A DNA stretch of 64,000 bases from Ministeria vibrans ATCC 50519 (Eukaryota; Protista; Filasterea): contig CALSCP010000307.1 of assembly GCA_943704425.1 (NCBI GenBank), positions 6,318 to 70,317 of the forward strand, in the 5' to 3' direction. The notes under the pieces are model-generated. The model was not told the origin of the DNA. It was given only the letters and a program-made list of their open reading frames with translations, and made no database searches. Shown one piece after another: positions 37,567-54,236 of the stretch; position 1 is the stretch's first letter; every line of letters begins with the position of its first letter. The position numbers and the translations under genes were made by a program.

Positions 37567-40381
37567 GTGTGTGTGTGTGCATTATATACATAATATACAT
37601 TATATATAGTATTATGTGTGACTTTGCTCGTCGCGCTAACGATCGTTTTTCACCAGAGCGTGTTGCTTGAGGAAAAGGACATCCTCAGTGGCGACGGAGA
37701 GCGCCTTGTGTCGCTCTTCCTGCTGTACCATGCGTACAGCGACGTGCCCATGCAGAGCAACCCCTTCCTGGCCGTCGTCGTCGCCATGGCTGCGCGTCTG
37801 TCGCCCAGTCTGCTGGGCACCGGCGAATCCTTCATGGTCATTCGTCTGCTTGATCTCATCCGCTTTCCGCCCCAGCCTGCCCTCCGCCTTCACTCCTCCG
37901 TCCTCGATCTCACCCCTGCCGAGGTATCCAGCTCATCGCTCGCCCTCATTTCGTCTCTCTCTTCCATCACAATCACATTCATCTTTTTTTTTTCTGTATC
38001 ACTGTGCAGATTTGTGTCATGGGCGCTCAGCTTCCCATTGCGCTCCCCTCTCAATTCGATGCGATTGTCGCGCTTGTGCATGCTCAAACGGCCAAGCTCC
38101 CTCTCTCATGCTCACGCGATCTGTACACGGTCGTTGCGACACCAACACCGGCACAGGGCACATCGTACACTTTGGACGCAGCAGCGACGCTCGCCAAGGA
38201 TGCGTCAAGCCTCCTCTGCGACACACGCGTTCTCTACTCGTCAGCTCCTCCCCCCATGATCCGGCCAGTGCCCTCGCTCTACCCGTGTGAGCAAGACGAG
38301 ATGCCCTGGCTGCATGTGCCCGCCGTCAATCATGCCATTCAGTGGGACTCCACCATGTGCCTCGACAGCTCCGATCCAAACACCGCTCAAACTCTTCTGA
38401 CCATGGAAAAGGCTTTCAAGACCCCCCTCTCGCCAGCTCAGCAGAGCCAAGTGCTGGCCGAACTCGACCGCAACCCGGCCCTCGTCTATCACATTGGCCT
38501 TACACCAGCCAATCTGCCCTCTCTCGTCCAGCTCAATCGAATGGTCGCCCTTGAGATTCTTCTTCACCTTATCTCCCGCCAGCAAATGACCGAGTAATAA
38601 TTCTTGTTTCGTTCAGGCCACTTGATTCATTCTGTCCTTTGCATATGCATATACATATTAATTATTATAGTATGATGTTCTCTTCACACACTCATGCTCT
38701 TTTTCTCCTCCCTCATGTTCACTCGCGCAACTATTGTTCCCACTCACTCACGCTCACTCACTCACTCACTCTCTCTCTTTCTCTCTGCTTCTCAGGTTCT
38801 TCAGTGCACTGGTGAACATGGAGCCCACACTGCAGTCCATGGAGGTTGTCAGTGGTCTCACCCAGCGCGTCGAGCTTCCTCCCGAACTGCTTCATTTCTA
38901 CATCACAAACTGCATTGCCCACTGTGAATCCACCGATGACAAAGTCCGACAGGCTCGCAAAGTCAAACTTGTACGCACAATATCTACACTCTTTCGTGGC
39001 TTACTCGTTCTCACTGCGTCTGTAGGTGTGTGTGTTTCTTGCGTCGCTCATTCTGCACAAGATCATTCGCGTGCAGGACCTGAGTCCCGAAGTCGAGACT
39101 TTTTGCATTGCGCAGGGCACTCCTGTGACGTACGCTTGTGGTCTTGCGCGGCCCATTGACTCTGCGGTGCATTCCAGCACTCTTTGTCTACCGAGTGTCT
39201 TGGGGTGTTCACGTAACCCTGCGCGTGTCCTGTTGGGTGCACAGGTGTCGCAGTGGATGGACCGCGGAGTGCGGCGTGTGATTGAGCTCACTCTCCAGGA
39301 CGGCCGTCTTCTTCGCTGCACTCCTGACCACCGTGTTTTGCTCAGTGGTGCTGATCAGTGGTGTCCCGCCGGTGCGCTTCAGCCGGGAACGCGCATTCGC
39401 GTCGGACTCGAGGCGCCTTGTGACGATCCCGATTCCGACACTGCCGATTACCTTGCATTTGACTTCAACGGTCACCTTCCCACCGGCAAGGCCGTGCACC
39501 ATCAATCACAGCTGCACCCTCAACAGCATCGACATCAACACCGAGAGCGCTGTCTTGCTCTTGCGCGTCTCCTCGGTGCCGATATCGACGATGTATCGAT
39601 TCTCCGGTCCACTATCGATCGGGCTTGCCTCGAAGCCGATCGCGCTCTTGTGAGCGACAGCAGCAACACCATCGCTCACAGCGACACCCGTAACGCATGG
39701 CAGCCTGCCCTCTCTACCGCGTCCCTCTTCTCGCTACTCAGCGACACCGCCTGTCCCTTGCCCGTTGTCCGTGAGTTCCTTGCCGCTCTCTGTGGCCGCA
39801 TTGCTCTTGTCCCTACCCTCACACCAACTGGGTTCCTTAATGACCAAACCACAGTGCTCGTTCCCCTTCCGCGCACCGTTGCATCCACGACCCTTGTCAA
39901 TCTATTTGCGCGGTGTGGCGTCACGGTGCAGTCGCACAACCAACCTACACCATCGTCGCGAAGTGACACGCCTACCTTCCTCTCCATCGTCGACACGCAC
40001 ACATTTCTCCACTCCATCGGACTACGCTACTGTCTTGCACACTGGCACACCCTGTCTATTGCCATTGCCTACCAGCGCACCCTCACCCGCTCCCCCGACC
40101 TTCCCCTCACCCCCGCCGCCTTCCTCTCCACCACTCTCCCCACATTCTCCCACCCCCAGTCCTCTCCCTCCACTCTCTCTCTTGCCGTCGAATCCGTCCG
40201 CGACATCGGCCAGTGCCTTCCCGTCTACGACCTCTCCGTGCCCTCCGTTGAGTCCTTTGTTGCATCTGGCATTGTCGTGCACAACTGCCTCCAGTTCAGT
40301 CGGATACGAGAAGCTCACAGTCTGCTCAAGTCCCTCCGATCAGGCGCTAATGAGTCTTCCTCATCGACAACTCCAAAATAG
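37358..40381 (+). CDS. CNOT11: CCR4-NOT subunit 11 (DUF2363) precursor containing an intein; multi-exon
   Basis: RLVSLFLLY...SNPFL, PMIRPVP, WLH....IQWDSTMC, AFKTPLSPAQQ..VLAEL..NPALVYHIGLTPANLPSLV, LVNMEPTLQSMEVV..L...VELPPELLHFYITNCI..CE, VKLVCVFLASLI..KII, EVETF|CLQFSRIREA after removal of the intein. Confidence 0.93.
39104..40285 (+). mobile_element. Intein (394 aa) with a degenerate LAGLIDADG homing endonuclease region, inserted in CNOT11
   Basis: Block A CIAQGTPV, block B LTLQDGRLLRCTPDHRVL, block F VYDLSVPSVESFVA, block G GIVVHN followed by +1 Cys. The flanks rejoin into the conserved CNOT11 motif. Confidence 0.93.
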
Positions 40382-40496
40382 TGACGAAATACACATCAAA
40401 AAATACACAGGGCTGGTCAAAAATACAATGACAGCAGAGAGAGAAAAAAGAAAAGAAAAAAAGTGTGTGTTGTTGTGTGTATGCAATTCAAATGCG

Positions 40497-44889
<4,393 letters not shown>

Positions 44890-44998
44890 GCGTCGGATAT
44901 ACGAAAAGTGTCAACCCGATTCGGATACAACAATAATTTTTTGAATGAATATTGAATACTGAATAGATTATCAACAAGAAGAAACCGATTTTTTTTTA

Positions 44999-47596
44999 TT
45001 ATTCTTTGAGGGAAGAACGGCCGGCGCGCAGAATCTCATCGACGTTGAGGAGGTTGCTGGCAATCACGGTGGCAGAGTGGAGAATCTGACGCTTGACGCG
45101 ATAGTTGTCCCACACACCCGTATCGGCGGGGGACATGGCCTCGCCTGTGTCAATGTCCAGACCCACAAGGTTTCCCTCCTGGTACGCCTCCAGCAGCGCC
45201 ACAATCGTGTCTTGCGAGTCGAAGCCGCTGTTTTGAGCAAGAACCTGCACGAAACAAGGGCAGAATCGATAAGAAGGAAAGGGCCGTTCGTCTTGTTTGT
45301 GTCACGACGCGCTTACCTTAGGAATGATGAGAAGGGCATCGGCGAACGCCTGAACACCAAGCTTGGCACGGCCCTTGACGGAATCCTTGGCCTTCATGAG
45401 CTCGGCGTGAGCGGCAATCTCAAAGGCACCGCCGCCGGGAACAAGGTGGCCATCCTCAATAGCATTGACGACGGCACGAAGGCCATCGTGGATGGCGTCC
45501 TTGATCAGCGTCAGAGTGTACTTGTTGGGTCCTACAATACATACAAGTGTGAGTGGCGCAATGAGCGGCAGAACGAAACGCGATGCGCTACCTTGCATGA
45601 GGATGGTGACTGACTTGGGGTTCTTGACGTCCTCGACAAACGTGAACTTGTCTTCGCCCACCACTGTCTCGTACACCAGACCTGCCCAGCCCAGCATCTC
45701 CGGCTTGAGCTCGTCGAACGAGTTGACTGCCTCGCCACCACACGCCAGAGTCAAACTGAAAACAGGGGGAGGGGGGGTTTAAAAAAATATACAGAGCGAA
45801 CGAGTGAGAAAAAATGACAAAATAAACATAATAAAAAAAAATAAAAAAAAAAAAAAACTGCATGATGACAAGTTATACCGTTCCATGTTGCGGCGCTTGG
45901 CACGGCGGAGCGCCAGAATGTTCTCCTTTGCAAGCATATCAAGCGACATTGGGTCAATGCCCTTCTGGTTGATGACCACAAACGACTTGTTCTCATTGCC
46001 CGCGATCGCACAAACCGTCCGCTTGAAATCAATCAGCTGTCGCACTTTGTCGTCCGTAAACTTGCGCTCGGCCTCGATAAACTTCTCTCGTTCGGCCGCA
46101 GATGCATAAGTGAAGCTCGCATTGACCTCGCTACAAAGTAAAACAAAGCATGAGCAAACGTTTAGAGAGAAAGAATAGAGAGCGTGCTTGTGCCAACCTC
46201 TTCTCGTATTCAAGGGAGACATTGCATGTGAGGACGAGGCAGTCCGTCAAGCGCTTGGGCATGTCGGGGTGGCGTGCGCCGTGGTCCAGCACCAAACCGC
46301 GCACCAGCCGCGAGTCCACGTCGCTCTTGCGCTTGATCTCCATTTTCTACACAAACCAATACAATAAGAATGGTCTTTCAAACAGAGTATTTTCTCTCTC
46401 GCTCTCTCTTTCCCTCATATATATAGATACAAAAATGTATTATATAATATAAAATATAACAATTACTATAATATTATATCATTAATGGTGTCTCCGGTGG
46501 TTGTTACCTCGACCATGTGAAGATCAATGGGCTGTCCGTCGCATCTGATGGTGAGCAGCGAGTCAACGACTGCTTCGCACAGCACGTCGGCGAGCTCAGC
46601 GTGCACTTTGGTGCACAGCGACGTGCGCGCCACGTTCAGCAGTGTCTCACGGTCCATGTCCATCTTCACTTTGACGCCGTCCAAAACCTCAAGTGCCTTC
46701 TTCTTGGCAATCTCAAAGCCATCGGCGAGAATGCGTGGATGAAGTCCCTCCGCAACAAACCGATCTGCTTGCTTCAAAAGCTCGCCAATGATCAGCACGT
46801 TCGATGTGGTACCATCGCCCGTCACATCGTCTTGAGCGGTTGAAGCACGCGCAATCAACGAAGCTGTAGGGTGTTGGATTTGCTACGGAGGAACGAATCA
46901 GTCACAAACCAGTGCGACACTCAACTGCCCAATTGCAACAGGAATTGCACATCAACTGTCCCTTATTGCAAACATACCATCTCGTGCAGAAGAATGTTGC
47001 CGTCCTTTGTCATCTTAATATCGCCCGAGCCGGAGACAAGCCTAAGCGAGAGAAGAAAAAAAAAACCAATCATCAGTGTAGATCAGAACGAGTGATCCTC
47101 CCAGTCGCTGTGCTCCCTCCCCTCTCCCCTCCCCGTCTTCCATGGCCACCAAATATCGACCAGGGCGACGCATACACGCAGAGCGCATCGCACAGGGCGA
47201 AAACGACAGAGAAACGTCAAAAAAAAAGTCTGTGGCAACCAACGCAACAAGACACGAAAAAAAGGGCCTTTTCGCGCTGGATTCCGACGCCGTTGACGAG
47301 CATTATGACAGGCGGAAGCGCCGGCGTGCTTGAAAGTGTCTATGGAATTTTCCACACGTGTGGAAAAGTCATCTTTTTTTCAATGGGCTGAGTGAGACGC
47401 GCCAGTGGATGGGGGGCGACGGCGAGCATGCCGACGGCCAGAAGGGTGCACATGCAGCCAGTGCAGGGGGGGAATGGGTCGCAGTAGAGAGTGGCGGCGT
47501 CAGCGGCAACGAACAGCGGACGTTTCAAACAAAACATCAAAAGATGACTCGCCAACAGTCATCAGGTGGTGCGCGCCGCATGCCGGCACACGCGAT

Positions 47597-47628
<32 letters not shown>

Positions 47629-47795
47629 AGAGGCATCCTCTTGGGTGCTCCCACTTACATTTTCATGCTGCCTTTGGGACCCAGGTTAGTTTTGAGCACA
47701 TCTCGCAGACCCTGTGCAGCGCCCACGTTGATCGAGAGCGCTTGAGCCGCACGTGCAACCTCAGCGTTGGGGTTCAACTGTTGGACAGCAGACAT
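44999..47795 (-). CDS. CCT6: T-complex protein 1 subunit zeta; multi-exon
   Basis: [81 protein letters not shown]. Confidence 0.97.
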
Positions 47796-47892
47796 ATCGA
47801 AACAGGTGAATAATAATTGATTTTTTTTTAATTTTTAATAATGATCATGATTGTTTATTAATCAATCATTTTTGCTCCTTTGAGACTTGGCA

Positions 47893-50800
47893 ATGGCGGA
47901 ACCTCCTGTGGGAGACCCTTCCAACATTGACGATGGTACTGCCCGTGTCGTCTCGCGAGTTGATGGTGTTTGTTTGTGTTTGTTTTTTATATTATATGTG
48001 TGTGTGTGTCTTCTCTGCTTTGCTTTTTTGACAGCTTTCCCTTTCCATCGGCTGTCAAACAGACGTCGCAGAATCAGCACTGCTGGTCCGTCCGAAGCCA
48101 AGCGACACGTACCGGCTGCTGTGGGATCCCGAGATCCCTCGCGAGCCCAAACGCCCTCGAAAGCTCTTTAGAATACGCGGCGTATCGCCCCACAACGGAC
48201 AGGTACATGCCGAGAGAGAAAAAAAAAAGAAGGAAAAAAACAAGTTGCTTCTGATGCGTCTTGCTCGCTCCCCTGCGCTCGCCAGGTGGCTGTACCGCAC
48301 GATCCACGAAGCCGGCCGACTGGTCTTCGGGCTCCGTTGGACCTGCGCATTGTGGTGTACTCGTACAGCGAGCACTCGATGGGTCCGCCGCCCAAGAAGG
48401 AGCTGCTCATCACCGGACTTGCCCCCGACATCTCCGCCGATTTCCTCCACGCCCTGTGCTCCGACCACGGCAGCCTCTCCTCGTCGAGCGGCGTCAAGCT
48501 GGGGAAGCGCAGAGGCACCGGCGAACGACTCGGTATTGCGCTGGTTCGCTTCAGTCGGTCGCGAGACGCTCGTCGCGCCGCCGAGAAACTCGATCAGTCT
48601 GTGATGATGGGTCACCGCGTGACGGTGCGCGTTGACCCGGCCGCCCAGCTCTTTTCACGACTTTGTTCCGACCCTTCGGCGTCCATTGATGACCTAGAAA
48701 AGGAATGCGAGTCCATTGTGGGCGTTGGTGCACGTCCAACTGTTGGTGATGTGGCCACCACCGATCTGTATGGTCGTGCTGTAGTTCCCAAACGAAAGGC
48801 TGCCCCTCCCGTCTTCGTCCCTCCTGGTGCTGCTGCCAACACCGCTACTGCTATTGCTGCTGCTGCTGCTGCCGCCACCGCCGTCACTGTGAGTGGGGGA
48901 AACGGCATGACGTCCGCCCATAATGTTCCGCCACCGCCACCCGAACCTGAAGAGGGCGAGCTCATTCTCGACAGCACCGACTTTGCCGCTGCCTCTTCAT
49001 CGCCACCCCCACCACCACCGCCACCTGAACAGCCGCCCCCTCCTCCACGCAGTGCTCTCAACGACGACACTCCTCCTCCACCACCCCCACCCCCTGACCA
49101 CCCACCGGCCTCAGCTGCGCATCCTCCTCCACCACCACCCTCCTCCATGCCTCTCACCTCGAGCACATCCACTCTGCTCGCATCCAAACCCGATCCATCT
49201 CCATTCACCTTTGTACCGCCCTCTGCTGCCACAGCTGCTGCCACAGCCGCTGCAGCCGCTGCAGCTGCCGCAGCCATTACCACTGGTGCCTCCGCCGCAG
49301 GGGGACCAGGCGCTCTTGCGCCTCCTTTGTTGTTGCTACCGCCCGTTGAAGGACCCGTCTATCCACCCTACCTTGTTGAGATCACATCGCCTCTGCCACT
49401 CACGGTGCGTGCCTCTATGGTCGCCGAGCACTGTCTCAAGAATCACGTGTACCCCAAGAACATTGTGTGCCAAAAGGACGGCACATGTCGCATACACTTT
49501 GACGACGCAGACACACGCAATGTTGCTGTGCGCCTTATCGACAGTACCGTCATTGCCGGTGTCATTCTCGATGTACAGGCGACCGACGATCCCGTGTTGC
49601 TGCAGCGCTTCAATGCGGCTGCCGCGTACCGCGAACAACAGCGTCGTCTCAAGGAGATTCAGGAGGAACAAGAGCGAGTGGCGCGTGAAGCACGTGAAGA
49701 GTACGAGCGCACTCTTCACGGCGAACGTGACATGTCCATCTCGCCGTCGTCGTCGCGCGCTCCGTCGCCTGCGCCACCACTGGTTGACGACTGTGAGATA
49801 GACCCCGATAGCGAGGCAGTGCCCTTCCTAGAGTCCAAGGCGCACCGCAGTGCGCGGCGTACGCTTGACGACGACGACTCGGCCAACGAGAGCGACGAAG
49901 ATGAAGCGTCGCTGCTGCCCTCGACACAGGATCTTACTGATGCCATTGTGGACCGACTCAAGGCGGATCTCTTGCGTGCTGTCAAACTCGACGCACAGCG
50001 CAAGGTCATTGAAAAGACAGTCACGTCGGAGATTGTCTCTTGGCGCGAACGTCGTCAAACGGACCACCATCGTCCGTCGTCGTCGTCGTCGTCGTCGTCC
50101 ACCATGCCCCACCGGAGCAGCCGCGACCATGATCGAGATCGTGATCGTGACCGACACCACGACCGCGATCGTGACCGACACTACGACCGCGATCGCGACC
50201 TTGCTGAGCGTGATCGACGTCGGTCGCCGCGACACGATGACAAGGATAAGGAGGCGTCTGGTGCGAGTGTGCCGTCTACCGACTTTCGCATCAAGGTGTG
50301 TCGTGATGCACCTGTGGTGCGCACGGGGGCGCGCATGTGGCAAGGGTACGGGGCCAAGCCGGCAGGGAGTACCGCAAGCGATGCCGCAGCTGCCGCTGCC
50401 GTTGCCGCTGCCCTCTCGTCCCTGCCACCTGGCTCGGTGGCGTGGCGGGCGGCCCAGCTGGAGCAGAAACGTCTGGAGGAGGAGCGTCTGAAGCGTCTGG
50501 AGCGAGAGCAACAGCGACGCATTGAAAACGACCAGAAGATGCATCAGCAGCTGTTGGAGGAACTGGATGCTCGCCGAGGCTGGGGTAAGCCTCGGACGCA
50601 AGCGAGTGCGGCGCGCACATCGGCCGTCAAGAAGATGCGCGACAAGAGTCGCAACAACGCTGAGGAAGGTGGCAGCAGCGGTAGTAGTAGGAAGAAGCAG
50701 CATCGGCAGCCGAAGGAGCGTGCCAAGGCAAAGCGACGACACTATGACGACGACGAGGACGACGAGAGCGACAGTGATAGTGACAATGCGACGAGCGACA

Positions 50801-52420
50801 GCAGCGACGAGAGTGACGACGACGACGACAACGTCAATGTCGGCTCAGTCGTGCGTGCCATGAACAACAAAACGGTGCGCGACCAGGGACTCGACGAAGA
50901 CGACCAGTGGATCGACTTTGGCGACATGGCCGGCAGCAAATCGAAGAAGCATCGTAAGCGCGAGGCGGAGCGAGCCAAGCGCAAACAACCGAAGAAGAGA
51001 CGCCGACTGCAGTCTGGCTCGGACGACGAAGATGACATGTCGATGGCGCCACTGGACGACAATGTCCACGACCAGTGGTCTGCCACGCCCGCCGTTGCGG
51101 CCACATCCAAAAAGGGGCGTGGAAGCAAGCGCAAGAATGAGGAGGCGGCGCGGAATAGCACTGCAACAAAGCGTGCTCGCACCGCACCCGAGCTGTTTTC
51201 GGGTCTTCAAGTGCCCAAGGTGGTGGGCGATGCAACGGTGCACGCCAACCTGCGCTCCCTTGAAGATGCGGATGTGCTACTGGATGCGGAGGATGCATGG
51301 TTAATGTCGTGTGCGCTCAATGAGCGGGAGGCGGCGTCGGCCGACCAGGGCACGGGCGAGCGGGTGTATGCTCAATTGAGTGAGGCATGGCTGGAGCAGG
51401 CGACCAAGTCGGGCTTTGACGATGACGTGGCCCACCCAATGGGATGTGCCCGCAGCCAAGGCGTGTATCGGGTGTCAGACGACGAGAAGGCCCGACGACG
51501 CTGGATCAACGCGATTGGTGTGGTGGCAGATGTGCGAGCACGCACTGCCGAGGGTGCTGGCGGTGTCACGGCAACCGCGGCGGCTGGCGACGTGAGTGGA
51601 AGTGGCGGAGCCGGTGGATCGAGCAGTGGAGCGGGAGGGGCAGGCGGTACGGGTGAGAGCACGAGTGCGACTGAGCAAGCGCAGCATCATCTCATGGCGG
51701 AAGCGCAAGCAATGGTAGTGAGCATGGGTGGCTCGGCACATGACGAGGCAGCCGTGGCAGTGGCTGCAGCGACGCTAGCTAAAAACGCTCAGCAGTCGAT
51801 GGGGGCGTCGTTGTCGCGTGCGGCACGAGCCAACCAGCGCGCGCAGCACATGCCATTGTTTGGCGGGGACACAACCGCCATGCTGCGGTCACGCCAGAAG
51901 CTACTTCGGTTCCATGCGTCGCCCATTCACAACTGGGGACTGTTTACGCTGACCCCCATTGAGGCCAACGACATGGTCGTGGAGTATGTGGGCGAGCAGG
52001 TGCGCGCACACATTGCCGACATGCGCGAGGAGCGCTACGATCAGCAAGGCATTGGCAGCAGCTACCTCTTTCGCCAAGACGACAAGCACGTCATTGATGC
52101 GACCAAGCGTGGCAACATTGCGCGATTCATGAATCACAGCTGCGATGTAAGGCCCTGATATGTGTTTTTTTTTTTGTTTCAATCACTTTGTTTCTCTCTC
52201 TCTCAAACTCTCGACCTATCCTTTTCTTATTTATTTATTTCTCTAGCCCAACTGTCGAGCGGATGTGGTCCACGTAGACGGCCAGAAGAAGATTATTGTG
52301 TACTCACGACGGCCCATTGCGTCGGGTGAAGAGATCACATATGACTACAAGTTTCCCATCGAAGACGTTAAGATCCCATGTCACTGTCGCTCCCCCATTT
52401 GTCGCGGATCCCTCAACTAA
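47893..52420 (+). CDS. SET1: Histone H3K4 methyltransferase Set1/SETD1 (RRM, N-SET, SET, post-SET)
   Basis: [99 protein letters not shown]....CRGSLN*. Confidence 0.94.
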
Positions 52421-52623
52421 CAGAGAGGATGTGTCAGAGGGGTACAAAATGACACAGAGCAACCAAAAATGTAACATAAAATTCAAGATTTTCATTTAAT
52501 TATTGTCTCATTTACAGTCGGTGAGAAGACAACATTTTTATGTTCACAAACAGACAAACAACACGAAAGAAGAATACGAGAGCATTATCAGAAAGACGCA
52601 GAGAGAGAGAGGAAGAATCTAAA

Positions 52624-53107
52624 CTATGATTCAGTGAAAGAGCTTAGGGGAACAGCCGACGCAGTCACAGCCACATCAGCATCGACAGTTGTTGTCGACG
52701 GTGGTGGCGGAGAAGGATCGGTTGCAACAGCACTTGCAGGAGGCTCTGGAGTGTGAGTTGGTGGGAGAGTGTTCGGTGAAGGGCCCAGTGAGCTACTGGT
52801 GCTGGGAGCACTTCCGTTGCCGCCCACTGTGCTTGTGCTGCTGCTGCTGAGTGTGCCCCCCAGTCCCATCAACTCGTCGTACTTCTCATGCTAAAACAAA
52901 AGAAGAATTATTTTGCGGGTCCGACTTTTTTTCTTTTCTTTTTTTTCTGTTTTTGTGTGTTTTACGCCGAGCTTTGAAAGTTGCCAGAGTGAACGATCGC
53001 GGGACACACAGACAAAGAGCGGGTCTTTCTTGAGAAGGGCAACACACACTCGCTTCCAGTCTGAGCCATACACTCCCAGGTTGCGACGACGAAGTGCGCT
53101 CCACACC

Positions 53108-53188
<81 letters not shown>

Positions 53189-53269
53189 TAAGTGAGTTAG
53201 TGAAAGACAAAGAGATTGTGTTTGTATAAAAATATGTGTGTGTGTATGTGTGTGTGTCTGTCTTTGTCT

Positions 53270-53300
<31 letters not shown>

Positions 53301-54194
53301 ACTGGTGAAAGTTGAGAGGAGAGAAAGGCAAAAGGAACAAGAGCAAGAGGATTGTTCGGAGTGTGCTCGGCCATGAGACGCACCAAAAGCACTGTTGGAC
53401 GAGAAGAGGGATTAGTTTCGAAAAAAGGATAGGTGTAGTGATGGATGTTACTTTGGAGGTCGGTGAGATCGAGAGCAAGTGCGTGTGCGTGGAGCTGTAC
53501 AAGGTCGAGGGTGGCAAGAGCAGGCGAACGCAGCAACAGCGTCCCATCATCCCCCTCGTCCATGGGCACGCTGTCGCTCTCGGACGCATCTGCTGCTGCT
53601 GCTTGTGCTCGTGCGTGCGCTTGTGCGTGTGCCGCAGCCGCTGCTGCAGCGGCAGCGGCCGCGGCCTGTGCGGCTGCGACTGCAGCTGCAGTGCCGTTGC
53701 GAGCAACGGTGGCTGTGCCGGGCAGGCGAGTCGTGATGGGTGCTGTCTCGCGCTTGCGTGCTTCGCTGGGCGTCACAATGTTCGCCAGGAGTGTGTTGAG
53801 CTGCTGTGTTGCCAGTGTGCGTGCTGTGGCAGTCACGTACCACACATGACTGTTGGCAGGATCTCGCTGCACACGTGCACACCACACACATTAATTTCAA
53901 TTTGACATGAGTATATTATTTGTGTGCTCTTACGAGAAAGATTGGATTGGTGTTGGAGCTGTTGGTCAGACTAGACATGACGGCGCGACGACAGTCTTGA
54001 GCATAAGGAGTGCCATCGCGTTTGCGGAGATGGCCCCAGTGCGGGAGGACATTCTCGCAGACGTGCTCGGCTGGCGCAGAGCCACCACGGCATATGATAA
54101 TGTGGATAATGAGCGCTTGTAGTTGGGTGAGTTCCGGTGAAGAAGTGCTGCCAGAGGAAATGGCAGACGTGCTGTGGTAGGAGCGCGAGGACGA

Positions 54195-54236
<42 letters not shown>

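Noticed and set aside
37924-38009. Possible U12-type intron in CNOT11 (GTATCC donor)
   Set aside because: The donor reads GTATCCAG rather than GTATCCTT and there is no TCCTTAAC branch site, so I treat it as U2-type.
39104-40285. Hedgehog-type Hint or bacterial intein-like (BIL) domain instead of a true intein
   Set aside because: It splits a conserved host motif exactly, ends in HN followed by Cys, and carries endonuclease-like blocks. There is no signal peptide or sterol-recognition region.
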